Of a stretch of 64,000 bases of DNA, positions 1-12,208 are shown piece by piece. Made by a program: the position numbers and the translations under genes. The stretch comes from Lytechinus pictus (taxonomy: Eukaryota): the NCBI RefSeq assembly GCF_037042905.1, contig NC_087256.1, positions 19,034,001 to 19,098,000 on the forward strand, in the 5' to 3' direction. Below the pieces are notes generated by a model that worked only from the letters and a program-made list of their open reading frames with translations, was not told where the DNA came from and ran no database searches. The first letter of the stretch is position 1; the number at the start of each line of letters is the position of its first letter.

Positions 1-445
1 TTAATAAAGGTTGGTGCATTGTCAGGAAATTCATATGTGAAATGTGGAAACCTTAGTTCTTCGTTTTGAGTACAATCAAAAGTAGCATATTCCAGAACCA
101 GATCCAATCATGCTTGAAGCAAAGGCTTTAGAAAAAGAGAGAGGGACAGAGAAAGAAAAGAGTGAAAAGTAAAAATGGAAGAAGTTTGCAGTTTGTTGTT
201 GCTTTGTTTTGTTTTAATGTCTGTGGAACAACACTTTCTTAGATGTCATGTGACATAACTTGATTTCTGTCATGATTCCGGACTATTGATTAAGGAGATA
301 CAGTGATTCTCATCAATTTTGTAGTGCAATCAAACATTGGATAATTTTCTGGGGGTACCTCCTAAACAATAGTTTCATGAAATTTGACCTATTTTCTTTT
401 GTATACGCGATATTTACACTTTTGTTGGGTTTTTTCCTTCCTCAG

Positions 446-548
446 GAGCCAGGGTAGCGCATGAAGACTGCTTTGATTTCAACACCCAAGGTAGCTCATT
501 TGGTAACTGTGGGGGTACTAGTCCATCCTTCCTACCTTGTGAAAGAAG
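446..548 (+). CDS. ADAM metalloprotease (meltrin/ADAM12-19-33-like), internal exon, Cys-rich domain
   Basis: Acceptor ttccttcctcag and donor AG|gtgaat. Translates as (G)ARVAHEDCFDFNTQGSSFGNCGGTSPSFLPCER, matching the ADAM Cys-rich C-F/Y..N..G...GNCG pattern. Its phase-2 end matches the next exon. Confidence 0.9.
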
Positions 549-764
549 GTGAATATATGTATGCCAAACTTGGCATTATACCTATGTAGTTTCAGCAAAC
601 AATGGTTTCGTGAGAATTCCTTTGAAATCAAGGTTTAGTTGTCACCATATAATCATGGATCTGAATCTAGAGCATTTACAATTATGAACCTAACTAAAAT
701 CATGAAATATAAGCTGAAAAAAAAAAAAAAACCAAGTATACTGAAGATTGAAAACAGAAAAAAA

Positions 765-940
765 AGTACCCACATTGTGCTGCACTCAACCCAGGTGAGG
801 TGCATGGATACCCGGCTGGATCCATTCCTTGAATGCACTAAGTGCATGAAATAGCAGCACAAGCTAAAGCTAGGGTATATTGAATAGAATATATCTAGAT
901 AGGTGGCGCTATACAAAAGCTTATTATTAATATAATTATT
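765..940 (+). mobile_element. 5'-truncated SINE with CORE-like body and L2-like tail
   Basis: CACATTGTGCTGCACTCAACCCAGGTG...GGATACCCGG, ending GCGCTATACAAAAGC plus (TTA)n. A related diverged copy lies on the - strand at about 58270-58397. Confidence 0.55.
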
Positions 941-1026
941 ATTATTATCATCATGATCATTATTAGCATTTTTATATATCATTATTATCATCATTACTAT
1001 TATACAATGTTGTTTTAATATCTTAG

Positions 1027-1225
1027 TAATGTAAAGTGCGGCAAGCTAATGTGCAGTGGAGGGGAATCCTACCCTGTCCTGAGTTCTCTAGCCAAGGCCA
1101 GTCAGGGTTACATCTGGGATCAAAACAACAACCAGCAAACCTGCAAGTCAGCATCTATCGACCTAGGTCAGGATGTACCGGATCCGGGTTATGTCGCCAC
1201 GGGATCGCTATGTGCACCAGGATTT
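1027..1225 (+). CDS. ADAM internal exon, Cys-rich domain
   Basis: Acceptor tcttag and donor gtgagt. Translates as NVKCGKLMCSGG...TCKSASIDLGQDVPDPGYVATGSLCAPGF, with the ADAM motifs CGKLxC and DPGxVxxGxxC. Confidence 0.93.
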
Positions 1226-1361
1226 GTGAGTACCTCAAAAATTAGATTTCTAAAATTAAGAATTAAACCTATATTGTGATGTATTTCTATCCCTCGCTCC
1301 ATTAAAGCAAATACGGACCCGTAGTATAGCACTGTCTGAAGTCCTCAACTATTCAAATCTG

Positions 1362-1510
1362 GGGTCCGTTGCAGAAAGAGTTGCGTTTAAACGCAAGTAA
1401 TTGACAAAGTCAATCGCAAGTCCCAAATACGTGCTGTTGTTTGGTTGAAAGTCAAATTGCGCATGATTTTTAGAGTTTCAATTGATTGCAACTCTTTCTG
1501 CAACGAGCCC
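1362..1510. mobile_element. MITE, PIF/Harbinger-like
   Basis: TIRs GGGTCCGTTGCAGAAAGAGTTGC / GCAACTCTTTCTGCAACGAGCCC with a 3-bp CTG duplication on both sides. A solo end of the same family lies at about 51705-51748. Confidence 0.75.
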
Positions 1511-2038
1511 CTGGTTAGGTTCCTAACCCATAATGCAACATTTTAAGCAGTGTACTCTTGTAATATAGACCCACGTGAATGATACAAACTCACAAATCAA
1601 TGGAATCATACTGCAATGATTATGTTTCCAAGTAGCAACACAAGTTTTATTCCACTTCAAGCATTTTAGTGTCTCTATACAAATAAAACTGACTAGATTT
1701 TTATAACACAAAGTCATTGAGAGGAAACAATTGCTTGACCCCACAACTCTATGTCTTAGCTCTAAGATGCATCGCCACTGGGCCCAAATTCGTTTTATGT
1801 TAATGAACAAGTACACTGATATCCAGTATCTGAAAGTTTGCAATCATCGACTACTTATCTTTTGATGAAAATTTCCCTACCATTCAAACCATTTTACATC
1901 TACATATAAATATACATGTTAACAATATTGAGATAGTTCTTGGTGGCCATCCATATTTTTCAATAATTGATGCAGTAATTCATTTCATACCATTGTTTCT
2001 CTGATTTTAAATTGAATTTTATATGCTTTTTTGTGCAG

Positions 2039-2116
2039 GTATGCAGTGATTTCAGATGCCAGAATTTGTCAGCGTTGAATATCAGGGCGTGTCCACAGGG
2101 CTGTAATGGTCATGGG
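2039..2116 (+). CDS. ADAM internal exon, end of Cys-rich and start of EGF-like domain
   Basis: Acceptor ttttgtgcag and donor gtaagc. 78 nt, phase 0-0, VCSDFRCQNLSALNIRACPQGCNGHG. Confidence 0.93.
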
Positions 2117-2566
2117 GTAAGCATTGAAAGTGACCGGTCACTAGTCTAGTCTTATACGATGATCAGAGGAATCCTTATCAAATGATTGGTCGAGAGCATA
2201 CACTGGACCACCAGGCATTAATTTTGCCTAGTGCCCGATATTATATTTTCCATAACACATATACACATGACCTGTGATGACCAGTTATGACTGAATTAAT
2301 ATGACTAATCATAGTTCTGATGTGAAGGCAATTTTGCAAATAACAAGGATTTAGATTTATATCACCATCTTATGACCAGTCAATGCACAGTTATGACCCT
2401 ATTGGGACACTCCATTTTGCTCAGGTATGGGTACAATTATACACCCGAAACTTCAAGGCTGTTCCTTGTGCCAGTAAGAATCATTGAATTTCTACGTTAA
2501 TTAAATTTGGATATAGTTCTGATTACAGGATGTCTAATAATGGATTATTTTCTATCAAAATTGCAG

Positions 2567-2684
2567 GTATGCAACAGCAAGAACCACTGTCATTGTGACC
2601 CTCAGTGGAATCCACCTCTCTGTAACACACCTGGCTATGGGGGCAGTATTGATAGCGGACCTGCCAGAGCCACAGACCAACCAG
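2567..2684 (+). CDS. ADAM internal exon, EGF-like domain
   Basis: Acceptor ttgcag and donor G|gtaaga. VCNSKNHCHCDPQWNPPLCNTPGYGGSIDSGPARATDQP contains the ADAM signature CNxxxxCHCxxxWxPPxC...GGSxDSGP. Confidence 0.95.
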
Positions 2685-4649
2685 GTAAGAACACACCCCC
2701 TTTGCTCGCAACACATATTATATCCACTTCCCACCACAAGGTCTGTAGTGTTTGCTGGGACCTTCTTCCATATACAGTGAGGTCCCTCTTTTAGAAGAAC
2801 AGTAGTGGACCTACTTCAGATCCCTGTGGAACCGTAAGTTTTATAGAAATGCAATGGACCCAGCATGGTTCCCTGTGGAACCGTGTTTGAGGATTTCAGT
2901 AGGCTTTTTTCATTAGGCATTTGTGCATTGTATCTCTTGCTGCCCTTCATCTGTTTGAAATACTTCCTTCCCAATATGTCCAAGTTGTGATGTTCCTTCC
3001 TGCATCACCCCAAAAGCTTTTGCCTGAGCAATCTCTTGGATGATTTCTAGACAGGTCCTGTAATTCTAAAATGGCCTAGCATTAGAACATAGTTGAAACT
3101 ACGAAAGGCTAGGCATTTGAAAGAAGGATTAATGTATTTTTATATTTGAATACAACTCAGATTTATTTTTGCCTTTCATTATCATCATGTTTGTGATTAT
3201 TTTGTATTGTGTATTCATTAATTTACATCATCATTTTACCTTTTCGTCTTGGTTTTACTGAGGATGATAGTTAAATTGTCATTTTTAGTTTTATCATTTA
3301 TATTTTTGGAAGTACATGTATACTAGTGTGTTTAATTGGATCATTTAATTTCACAGAAACACTTCATGGTATTAGTTTTGTGGAATTTGAATCATATGTT
3401 TACACTATGGTTAGATATGACTAATTCATGTGTGCATGAGTTTGTTGTACATGTATTATAAAAGGAAGAATTATACCCATTTTCTTTAAATAATTTGTAC
3501 ACTTACTTTAAAAATAGAATGTACACTTGGATGTTGTTCAAATTATACAAAGATATATTATTACACTTATAACATGTACATATGTTAATCATTTAATCAT
3601 GGTTTGGATATTATGAACACTAACAATGTTGTATGTAATGATAATTTAATCACATTATAAAAGAAATTTAATGATAATTTCTTTATTGGATTATAATATT
3701 GAGAGATATGCTTGTACTTTTTGCTTTGATGCAACATTTATTATTTGTTTTAAAAGGGTATTTGATTCAAATATAGATTAATGGAAAAAGAGGGAAATGA
3801 ATTCTGAATCGTTAAGGGAAGGTTCGTTTTAATTAAATACAAAAGCTTTTCAAATATAGGCCCTGTGACAAGATCGATCTTAAGCTGATCGCTAATAATG
3901 CATGCTAGCTTCGCTTGCTTTGCTACTTAGGCTCGAATGAATTAAAATCTTAGCTTTTGTTAGATGTTTTAATTTCTCATTCATTGAATTTTTAAATGGA
4001 GAGTCAAAGGAAAAGGTTCCAATACTTTGGTTATTCAGTAAGTTTTTTTATCCTTCAAGATATGGTTTGATAGAAGAATATTAATTAGGGATCATTTTGA
4101 CATACATATCAAACAAAATCTTAATGTTTTGCTTTTGGCACAGAAAAAAAATTTAGGTTTATTATATACATATACTAGCAAAAACAAACAAATTGGTCAA
4201 TTTTTTATTGATATAAAAATTGGTGTAATCAATAACAGATGGGAGTGAAATCTATAATTTGATTGTATTAAAGTCATTATTAGCACTTTCTCTCTTAAGC
4301 TAAATGATAATTGTGAATACCTCATTAATGTTCGAAACATGTTTTGTTGTTTGGAGAAAAGTTATTACTTAGAAAACTGTGAAATTGAAAAGCCAAGTTT
4401 GGTTTTAATCATTATATTTTTGGGGGTAATTAACTGGTTTTGACACCTTTTTCTAACATTTGTTTTGACACCACATGGTCTTGTCTACTAGTCCAACTGA
4501 TATTTTCTCTTTCCCCCACAGTAACTTTATATCCTAATACACTCTCGCAAAGCACCAAATCTCTCATCACAAGAAAAATTATTGTCCGAGGTAACTATGG
4601 AAACTCATCAACTCGTCATATATGTTGCCAATTTCTGATCCTCTGTCTG

Positions 4650-5155
4650 CCCTTCGAAAAGCAGCGAAGGAATAGAAGGCCGAGTCTCTGTTCTTTGATT
4701 ATCATTTCTAATCCATCCTTCATCTACTTTCGCCATGCAGTTGTTTTTTTGCATCATATCTGTCAATGACTTCATGAGTAATCCCTATTTCTTCATCAAA
4801 TTGGCAATGTTGCCTGAAAGCAATGAAGGAATAGAAGATTAAGTGTCTGTCCTGTTCTTCGATCATCCTTTCTAATCAATAATTCATCTACTCACTTTCG
4901 CCATGCAGTTGTCTTTAGCATCATGCCTGTCAAACAACTTTTAAATTAATCTCTATTTCTTTATCAGATTGGCAATGTTACCTTGTAAGCAGTGAAAGAA
5001 AAGAATATTGAACGTTTGTTTGGTTCTCTCATTTCACTTCTAATCCATCTATCATCTGTTTTACTTTCGCCATGCAGTTTTAATTTTTTTTGCAACATGT
5101 ATTACCTAACTACTTCATGACTAATCCCTACTACTTCATCAAATTGGCAATGCTG
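4650..5155 (+). repeat. Degenerate tandem repeat, 3 copies of about 168 bp
   Basis: CTTTCGCCATGCAGTT recurs at about 4727, 4895 and 5064. ATTGGCAATG also recurs at the same period. Confidence 0.85.
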
Positions 5156-6396
5156 TTCCTAATCGTTTTCTCCATTACATCTGGCGTAAACCAAACTCAC
5201 GTGACACTTGGTTCTGATTAACGTGTCTTACAAAGGACTTAATGATTAAGGTTCTGATTTGCGTGTCAATATTCATATTTGGTCAAATAATGAGAGATCT
5301 TTTTTATCTTTAGTTCCCTTTTTTGACAGATATCAATTATCATTTTTATTAAAACAATTCATTTAATTAATATGTTTATATACATACAGTGGTGAAGTAA
5401 TCCATTACTTTTACATATTTTGATCCCAAATTACTATTTTAATAAGATATTGAGTTTTTTTGTTCTGCATTTCATATCATATGGTGTAAAGCCCAAACAT
5501 ACACAAAGTAATGCACTTTTACATATTATGAAATACAAAATAGACCAAAGATTTTTTTAATTCCTTCACAACCCAGTCCATGTGCTCTTGGAAATTTCAT
5601 CTGTGAAACTGCCCTTAATTTAAAAAAAAAAAAAATGTTTGTAAGCAGTTTATACACTCAAGAATCTTCCCCCGGGTTAATATGGTTAAACTAAAAAATG
5701 AATGAATTAGGTGTTCAACTTTCAACTGCATCAGTTACCCTTCCTGATGTTTTACTGGATTATCAACAAGCATGAGTTTTCGAGGGGATTTGACAAGCAA
5801 GTTTTAGATTTCAAGTGTTCCATACTAACATCTAGATTGGCGGATAGTAGAAGGAAACTTTGGAGATAAAGCAGGTCTTTAGTACCACACTTTAAAGGAT
5901 TACTAATTTTCTATTTAACTGCTAATCATAACTGGGTCATTATGGTTCTGTAACATTTTCATTACGTGCACTTCACATGCTTGTATAATTCATGTATAAG
6001 ACTAAACACTAAAACTAATGCATATCGCTAATTCAACCAAACACCTAGGATTTGTGCAGATGAATTAATATTTTATAATATTTAATGAAAGTATGTGCTA
6101 ATGTACCTAACAAAATGGAGGAATGTGTTTCTGTTTTAGCATGCAGGAGATTTTAGTCAGCTGTCCTAACTTTTTATTTAACATTGGTGTTATTATACTA
6201 GCACCTTATAACATCAATGACTGCAGCTTAAAGTGTGACTAAAGTGTATATATAATATTTATATATAGTTGTCACAATATATCATTTATTTATGACACTA
6301 ATTATTACTAGTATGAATCATAAGTTTGGTGAAAAGGTATTCTAATAAATTACGGAATTAGTTTATTAGTAGTACACAAAATATTTGTATCCTGAA

Positions 6397-7273
6397 CAGG
6401 GATGGCGATCCTGAAAAGAGCCCTTTTCTACACAAGAAAAATGCCCCCCCCCCCTCCTCACGAACGTGTACTGTGCCCCTTTCACCTGAGGAGGACCCGT
6501 TTTAGGTGTTAGCAAGTGCCATTTCCCATATCAGTGCCAATCTTTCACAAAAAAATGTCCCTCACGAATGTGTTTTGTGCCCCCCTTTCACCTGAGAAGA
6601 ACCCGTTTTATGCCGTTAGCAAGTGCCCCTTTGCCTTCTTATAGGTGCCCTTTCTCGTATCAGTGCCACTTTTTACCCAAGAAAAGTGCCGCACGAACAC
6701 ATTCTGTGTACCTTTCACCTGAGAAGTGTTCACCTATGTGTTAACGAGTGCCCCTTTGAAACAAAACAATATTCTCATTTTTAGATGTTACTACTTATGA
6801 AGGAAAAAAACTTGTAAGAATAATCCTACATGCCTTTTAAGTTTCATGAGTCATGTGAGTGGGATAGATGAGCAGTGGCATATAGAAAAAAAAGAATCAC
6901 AACCAAGGAATAAAAAAAAGGAAAGAAATGAAAAAAGAGAAGGGTGAAATATGATATCATTTTCTGAATATTTCAAAAGAAATTAAAGGAAAGAAGGAAA
7001 GAAATGGAAAGAGAGAAGGTTCAAATGAGATATTATTTTCTGAATATTATGTCAAAATCTGTCACAAAATTGGATTTTCATTTTTTAAATGTCAAAATTT
7101 TTGCTCGCTCGCTTCGTTTGCTCACAGCTTCTTACAAATTTTATGTGATACATTATGTCTAGCCCCCTCAAAAATTTTGGCTCATTAAGTCATTACTGTA
7201 GATAAGTCATTTTAATCTTTGTTTTTAAAAATTTCCCTGTGCCCCCACTTTCAACTTCGCACTGCTGCCCCTG
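6397..7273. mobile_element. Non-autonomous hAT-like element with internal tandem repeats
   Basis: Exact 8-bp TSD ATCCTGAA (6389-6396 and 7274-7281) and CAGGG...CCCTG termini. Three degenerate copies, about 110-125 bp apart, of a GTGCCCCTTTCACCTGAG-containing unit at 6420-6760. Confidence 0.8.
6873..7198. mobile_element. hAT-like MITE nested in the 6397-7273 element
   Basis: CAGTGGC...TTACTG termini and TSD TAGATGAG/TAGATAAG (1 mismatch). Related ends (CAGTGGCGTAATGAGCC-type) occur at about 35393, 51182 and 53150. Confidence 0.6.
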
Positions 7274-10200
7274 ATCCTGAAGTTAGCAAATGGGAAAAGT
7301 GCAATTTTATTCTCCTTATAAAATGTGAAGTTTGTGAACATTATTCATAGATTAGGCTAACATCTTATAACCCATGCAAAGCCCAAGGTTCTTGATTGCA
7401 AGGAAATGTTTATATATTTTTTTATACATAAAAGGCATCTGTATCTACTATACCTACAAGTTTTTTTTTATCACTTACACACTGCCTTATGTCATATTGA
7501 TATACTCACAGTTAAGAATTTCCAATTATGGACAATAAATACTTGTACTTAATCTGATTACAAGTACTTTGCATTGATAAAGTATATAACAAAATATAAT
7601 ACCTTTATTATGTACCAGTTAGTAGATGATGGGTGCGAATACTAGGGAATAATTATATGATCATACCCAAGAGTTTGCAATAGATTTAAATCGATTCAAA
7701 TCACTTTAAATCTATTCAAATCAAACTCTGGCTTAAGATTTTCAATCGTAACGATTGTCAGCTGAGAAAATGCGACGGATTCAAAACAGCTGATGATACA
7801 AGTAAAGGCAGTAGATATCCCAAATGAATGTACATCTTAGGTATGGTCAAAAGTTCGTTACATATCACAAAGGTGAGGGTTCCCCCCCCCAAAAAAAAAG
7901 ACCAATAATTCAATGTTGACGTTGCTTGCTACTGTATCTTTTCTTCAATATTTTTCCTGTTACTTTATTCTTTTTGTCACTGTTATCTCTATTGCCGTCT
8001 CTGTTCATGGCTTTTATGATATGATGCATATACATTACATCAATGTCCTGTTGCTTCCGCATCACTTGTCATTTTTTGTGTTTTTACCTTTGAAGGCTCA
8101 TTTAGTGCTTCTATCTCTTCTCATTTTCTTTCCATTTAATTTCCACTTTCTTAATGTCCCCTTCTCTATCTTTTTCTTCATTTCAGTATTTCTTGCTTTT
8201 CCTTAGAAGCAATATCCTCTCTCCCCTGTTCTCAAAGCTGTATGCCTGACATTAAAATATGTTCTTTACTCCTTCTCTCCATCCCCCTCCCCCAACCCAT
8301 CCCCTCTCCTCATACCCCACCCCTCCTTTCCCATCTATCTTCTCTTTGTTTCTTCCTCACCCCTTTCTTTTAAGAGGTTTAATTGAAAAAGGACTGTAGG
8401 GACATCCTATCAAAATTTAAAGAGGATAAGATAATAAAAATAATAGAATTTGAAAAAATTGGCTACATAAATCCATTTTCCTTTTTCTCTCCAGAATATG
8501 ACACATCAAACGCAACTCTTAAAGTATTTCTTCAATAACTTTACCAAACTTTTATTTAAAAAAAATACATTTGTTTGAATACCAATACTCTTTCATGCAA
8601 CTAGGAAAACAGCAACGACGCAATCATAAATAAAGAAATCTATTATTATTAATTTAGTGAATTGTGTATATGAATCCTCAATATTTTGACACTTGATTGT
8701 TGTGTATATTGCATAGAAGATGTTTTTGTGAGGTACACAGAATTCCTACCTCGTTAGATTTTTTTTAAAAAGAAATCTATGTCTATTTGAAGTCAATCTT
8801 TGTTCACAGAAGTGAAGTAAATTAATCGTAAGGAGTTAAATGTCTGCTCATTTCTCTGATAAAAAAATAGTCTTTAGTTGGAAGCAATCTAAACCTACTA
8901 AAAATACTCAAAATGACACTCGTAAGTACATCATAGCAATTGCGATTACTTATTAATCACATATACATAAAAGGAGGGACTTTGGGGGCAAACATGTATT
9001 CATATATAAACGTGTGCATGATATCTGATAGATGTATGTAATATGAATGTAAGCATGTACAAGTCCTTTTTAATGATCCATAACGTCTACATGATACATA
9101 TTTTCAGACTGAATCTTATTGATGCATTCTCCTACAAAAGAGAGAAATAAATGAATAAATAATGAATAGGTCAAAATAACATTCTGAAATATTTGATAAA
9201 TGCACTGGAATTGGGAGTATTTATGCTTGCTTGGAAAAGAGTGGGTGATTATCAACATTGTATTTGAATGATCGAATGTATCATTATATAAATAGCGTAC
9301 AATACAGTATACTGGATTATATGTATGACAAATATAAAGTTATCCCGAGTGCAGGTTTATGTTTACCAAGGCCGAGGTGAAATAGACCTGCACAAGGGAA
9401 AATTTTATATTTGGAAGTCATATAGTCCAGTAATATTGTATAATAGAATATTCACTATTTATTTATAGTAAATTGTACAATGCCTACTTAGCTTGTTGTA
9501 CGCGAGCAAATGGGAGGCTGAATGTCAAATATTCGCACACGTACCATCCAAAATGTACCATCTATAATGTACCTTGCACGGGTCAGGAAAAGGTGACGTC
9601 ACTATAAAACTTAAGATTCAACGCATTGCATGCACTAAGTAAATGCAGACGTGCAGGGCTTACTGGCTAAATGCCCATTGCCATTATTCTCCCCATTATT
9701 TAACACGGGTTTTACCCTCCAAAAATCTAAAGTTATATTGTACATATGTACAATATAACTTTTTGAAGGGAGGTCACGTGGTACCAATCTAGCCAATCAC
9801 AGCTCGTATTTTACTACCACTATTTACTATAAGGTAATATACTACAAGTTTTTACTTGCACCACTGCATGGTTTCAGAATATAGAACTAACTGACATAAT
9901 ATACGAATGCACTGTTTCTTGAAGCATCTCATTTGAGTGAATAATTATTAGATTTGTCTTGATTAACAAATGTTCTTCTTGGAAATTACTATTACAAAAT
10001 AGTTACCCTGTAGTAATTACTTAGACTGTCTTTATTTCTGTGTAGATATAGGGCTGGGGTTGTAGGTTGTGGTCTTGGTCAGCAGCCTTTAGTAGAGGGT
10101 TCCCGACTCCCCCCCCCCCCCTGCTGTGACAATAAAACCTCGCAAAAGAGCTGTGCAGTTCGGATTCGGTTCATGATATTGTGAAGATATTATGCTTTGT

Positions 10201-11637
10201 TCCCCTTTTTAGTTACAGCATTTTATATTTCTATCTGGAAGCAATTATTGCTGTAGCATGTAGCAAAGGACTATACCTCTGTGATACATTAGACAACCTT
10301 AGTCATTTTTCTCTGTATACTGTATAACATATTAATGATATTTATTCATTTTGTAAGGAATAATACTCATGTACTCTATATGATAGTATATTCAATATTT
10401 ACCATCATTTTAGTAAGTTTTGATCATTTAGAATGTGTCCATATCAGATATTGGCATATGTACATCCTCATTTCACCAAAATAATTTTAAGACAGAGTAT
10501 ATAATCATGAATGTAGATGATTGTATACTCTAAAGTTGTCAGAAATTAGTTTTTATAAGATTATTGATGTTAATTCATGCATGTCATAGATATCATTTCA
10601 TGTCACGCATGAAAATGGTTGTGTATGTAACTATGTATTGTAATCTTCATTGAAATGTGATTAATTCATTTTTCATAAAACTGCAAATGGAATTTGAGAG
10701 GATTTTTATATCATTGTTTAACTATGAGAATGTTCTGATCATTGATTTTGCATTGATTTTAGAGATTGACAAATCTGTTTGATGGTGATGCTAGAATAAT
10801 CTGGATATACTTCTGATACTAGGATAATATTTCTATATCCTTTTTTGTGTGTGTGTTTTAATGTTTTTCCATTCTTACTCATTATTTGTTACAAAACACA
10901 TTTAAAATGATTAAAAAAGGCATTTCCTGATGAAAGTTCGAATTTCAGTATATAAGAATTAAGACAACTCTGAATATGATGAAGGAAATATGGATTACTT
11001 TATTACAGTGGTTGCTCCGACTACATTTACTAGAAACAGTTTGATACTACAACGTCTCTTTCATAATTTAGATTAATTTTTAATGTACATGTAAATGATC
11101 AATTTGAAGTATTGAACATTTTATAATATATCAATGTGTATATATTGAATTTTTTTTAATGAGATTTTTAAAAAAGTCATGATATATTGTGAGAATCCTG
11201 ACTTCCTTTTTTTCACAAATGTGGGTCATTTTGCAAAATTCAAAGACTTGGTATGAAAATAAATAATTTTGAGTTTAAAGTTCAAAGAAAATGGAAAATA
11301 TTACAGAATTTCATTGAAATCACAATTTTCAGGCCAAATATTTGTGAAAAATTCAGTGAAAATCAAAGTTAAATCCAGTAACAGTAAAACAAAACTAGGC
11401 ATCAGTGGGAATCTATTTGCAGTGTCAAGATTGTATTTTCCAAGAATTTGTCTGCATACTCAAGTATATGATTGAATCTAACTTTATTTTCTAAGATTTC
11501 CACAATTTCACCTTTGCCTTAAATATCATGTCTTGTACATGTCATCTAAGAACACACAAAAGTTGCCGTTTATGACATAGAAAACTTTAGACTCCAGCGT
11601 AATCCTTCTAATTCTTTTTGTCGTCCACAATTTGCAG

Positions 11638-11779
11638 GTGGTCCTAGCTCCAACATGGTGATCGTACTCCTGGTGATGTTCCTATGCGTTCTACCGGGGC
11701 TGGCACTGATCGGGATCCTCGTCTACTGCAAGAGACAGACTCTTTCCAAAATGTTGTCCAAGGGAACTACTAAACAAAG
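11638..11779 (+). CDS. ADAM transmembrane exon
   Basis: Acceptor tttgcag (phase 1, matching the EGF exon) and donor AG|gtgagc. GGPSSNMVIVLLVMFLCVLPGLALIGILVYCKRQTLSKMLSKGTTKQ is a hydrophobic helix followed by a basic stop-transfer segment. Confidence 0.9.
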
Positions 11780-12208
11780 GTGAGCAAAGATCTTAGAATC
11801 GAACTTGGGTTTGATTTAAACTCTGGTCTGAAGTTGTGGTTTAACTATGGAAAGTCAATCCTGACACAATTCCTCTTACTGTACAAGATCAATTCATAAC
11901 TATTGGGGAGTGATAAATAATCAAGCCCTCTTCATCTTTAAAGCTTTTGTAAAGAACGAAATGAACACTAGGAACAGACAATTGAAAGAAACACAAACTT
12001 TAGTGATAGATTTTATGATCAATTTTCATTACTGATTGTATATTGTAGGAAATGCAATCAATCATAGTTGTGCGATCATGGCTAAGCCTTGTACAAGGGG
12101 GACCATATCAAGTAGTGCATTCAGTATAGAAACCCTCTACTTTAACTTCTTCAACATATTGTGACATTTTTACTGAATTATAATTCACATTTTAAAATTT
12201 CTTTTCAG

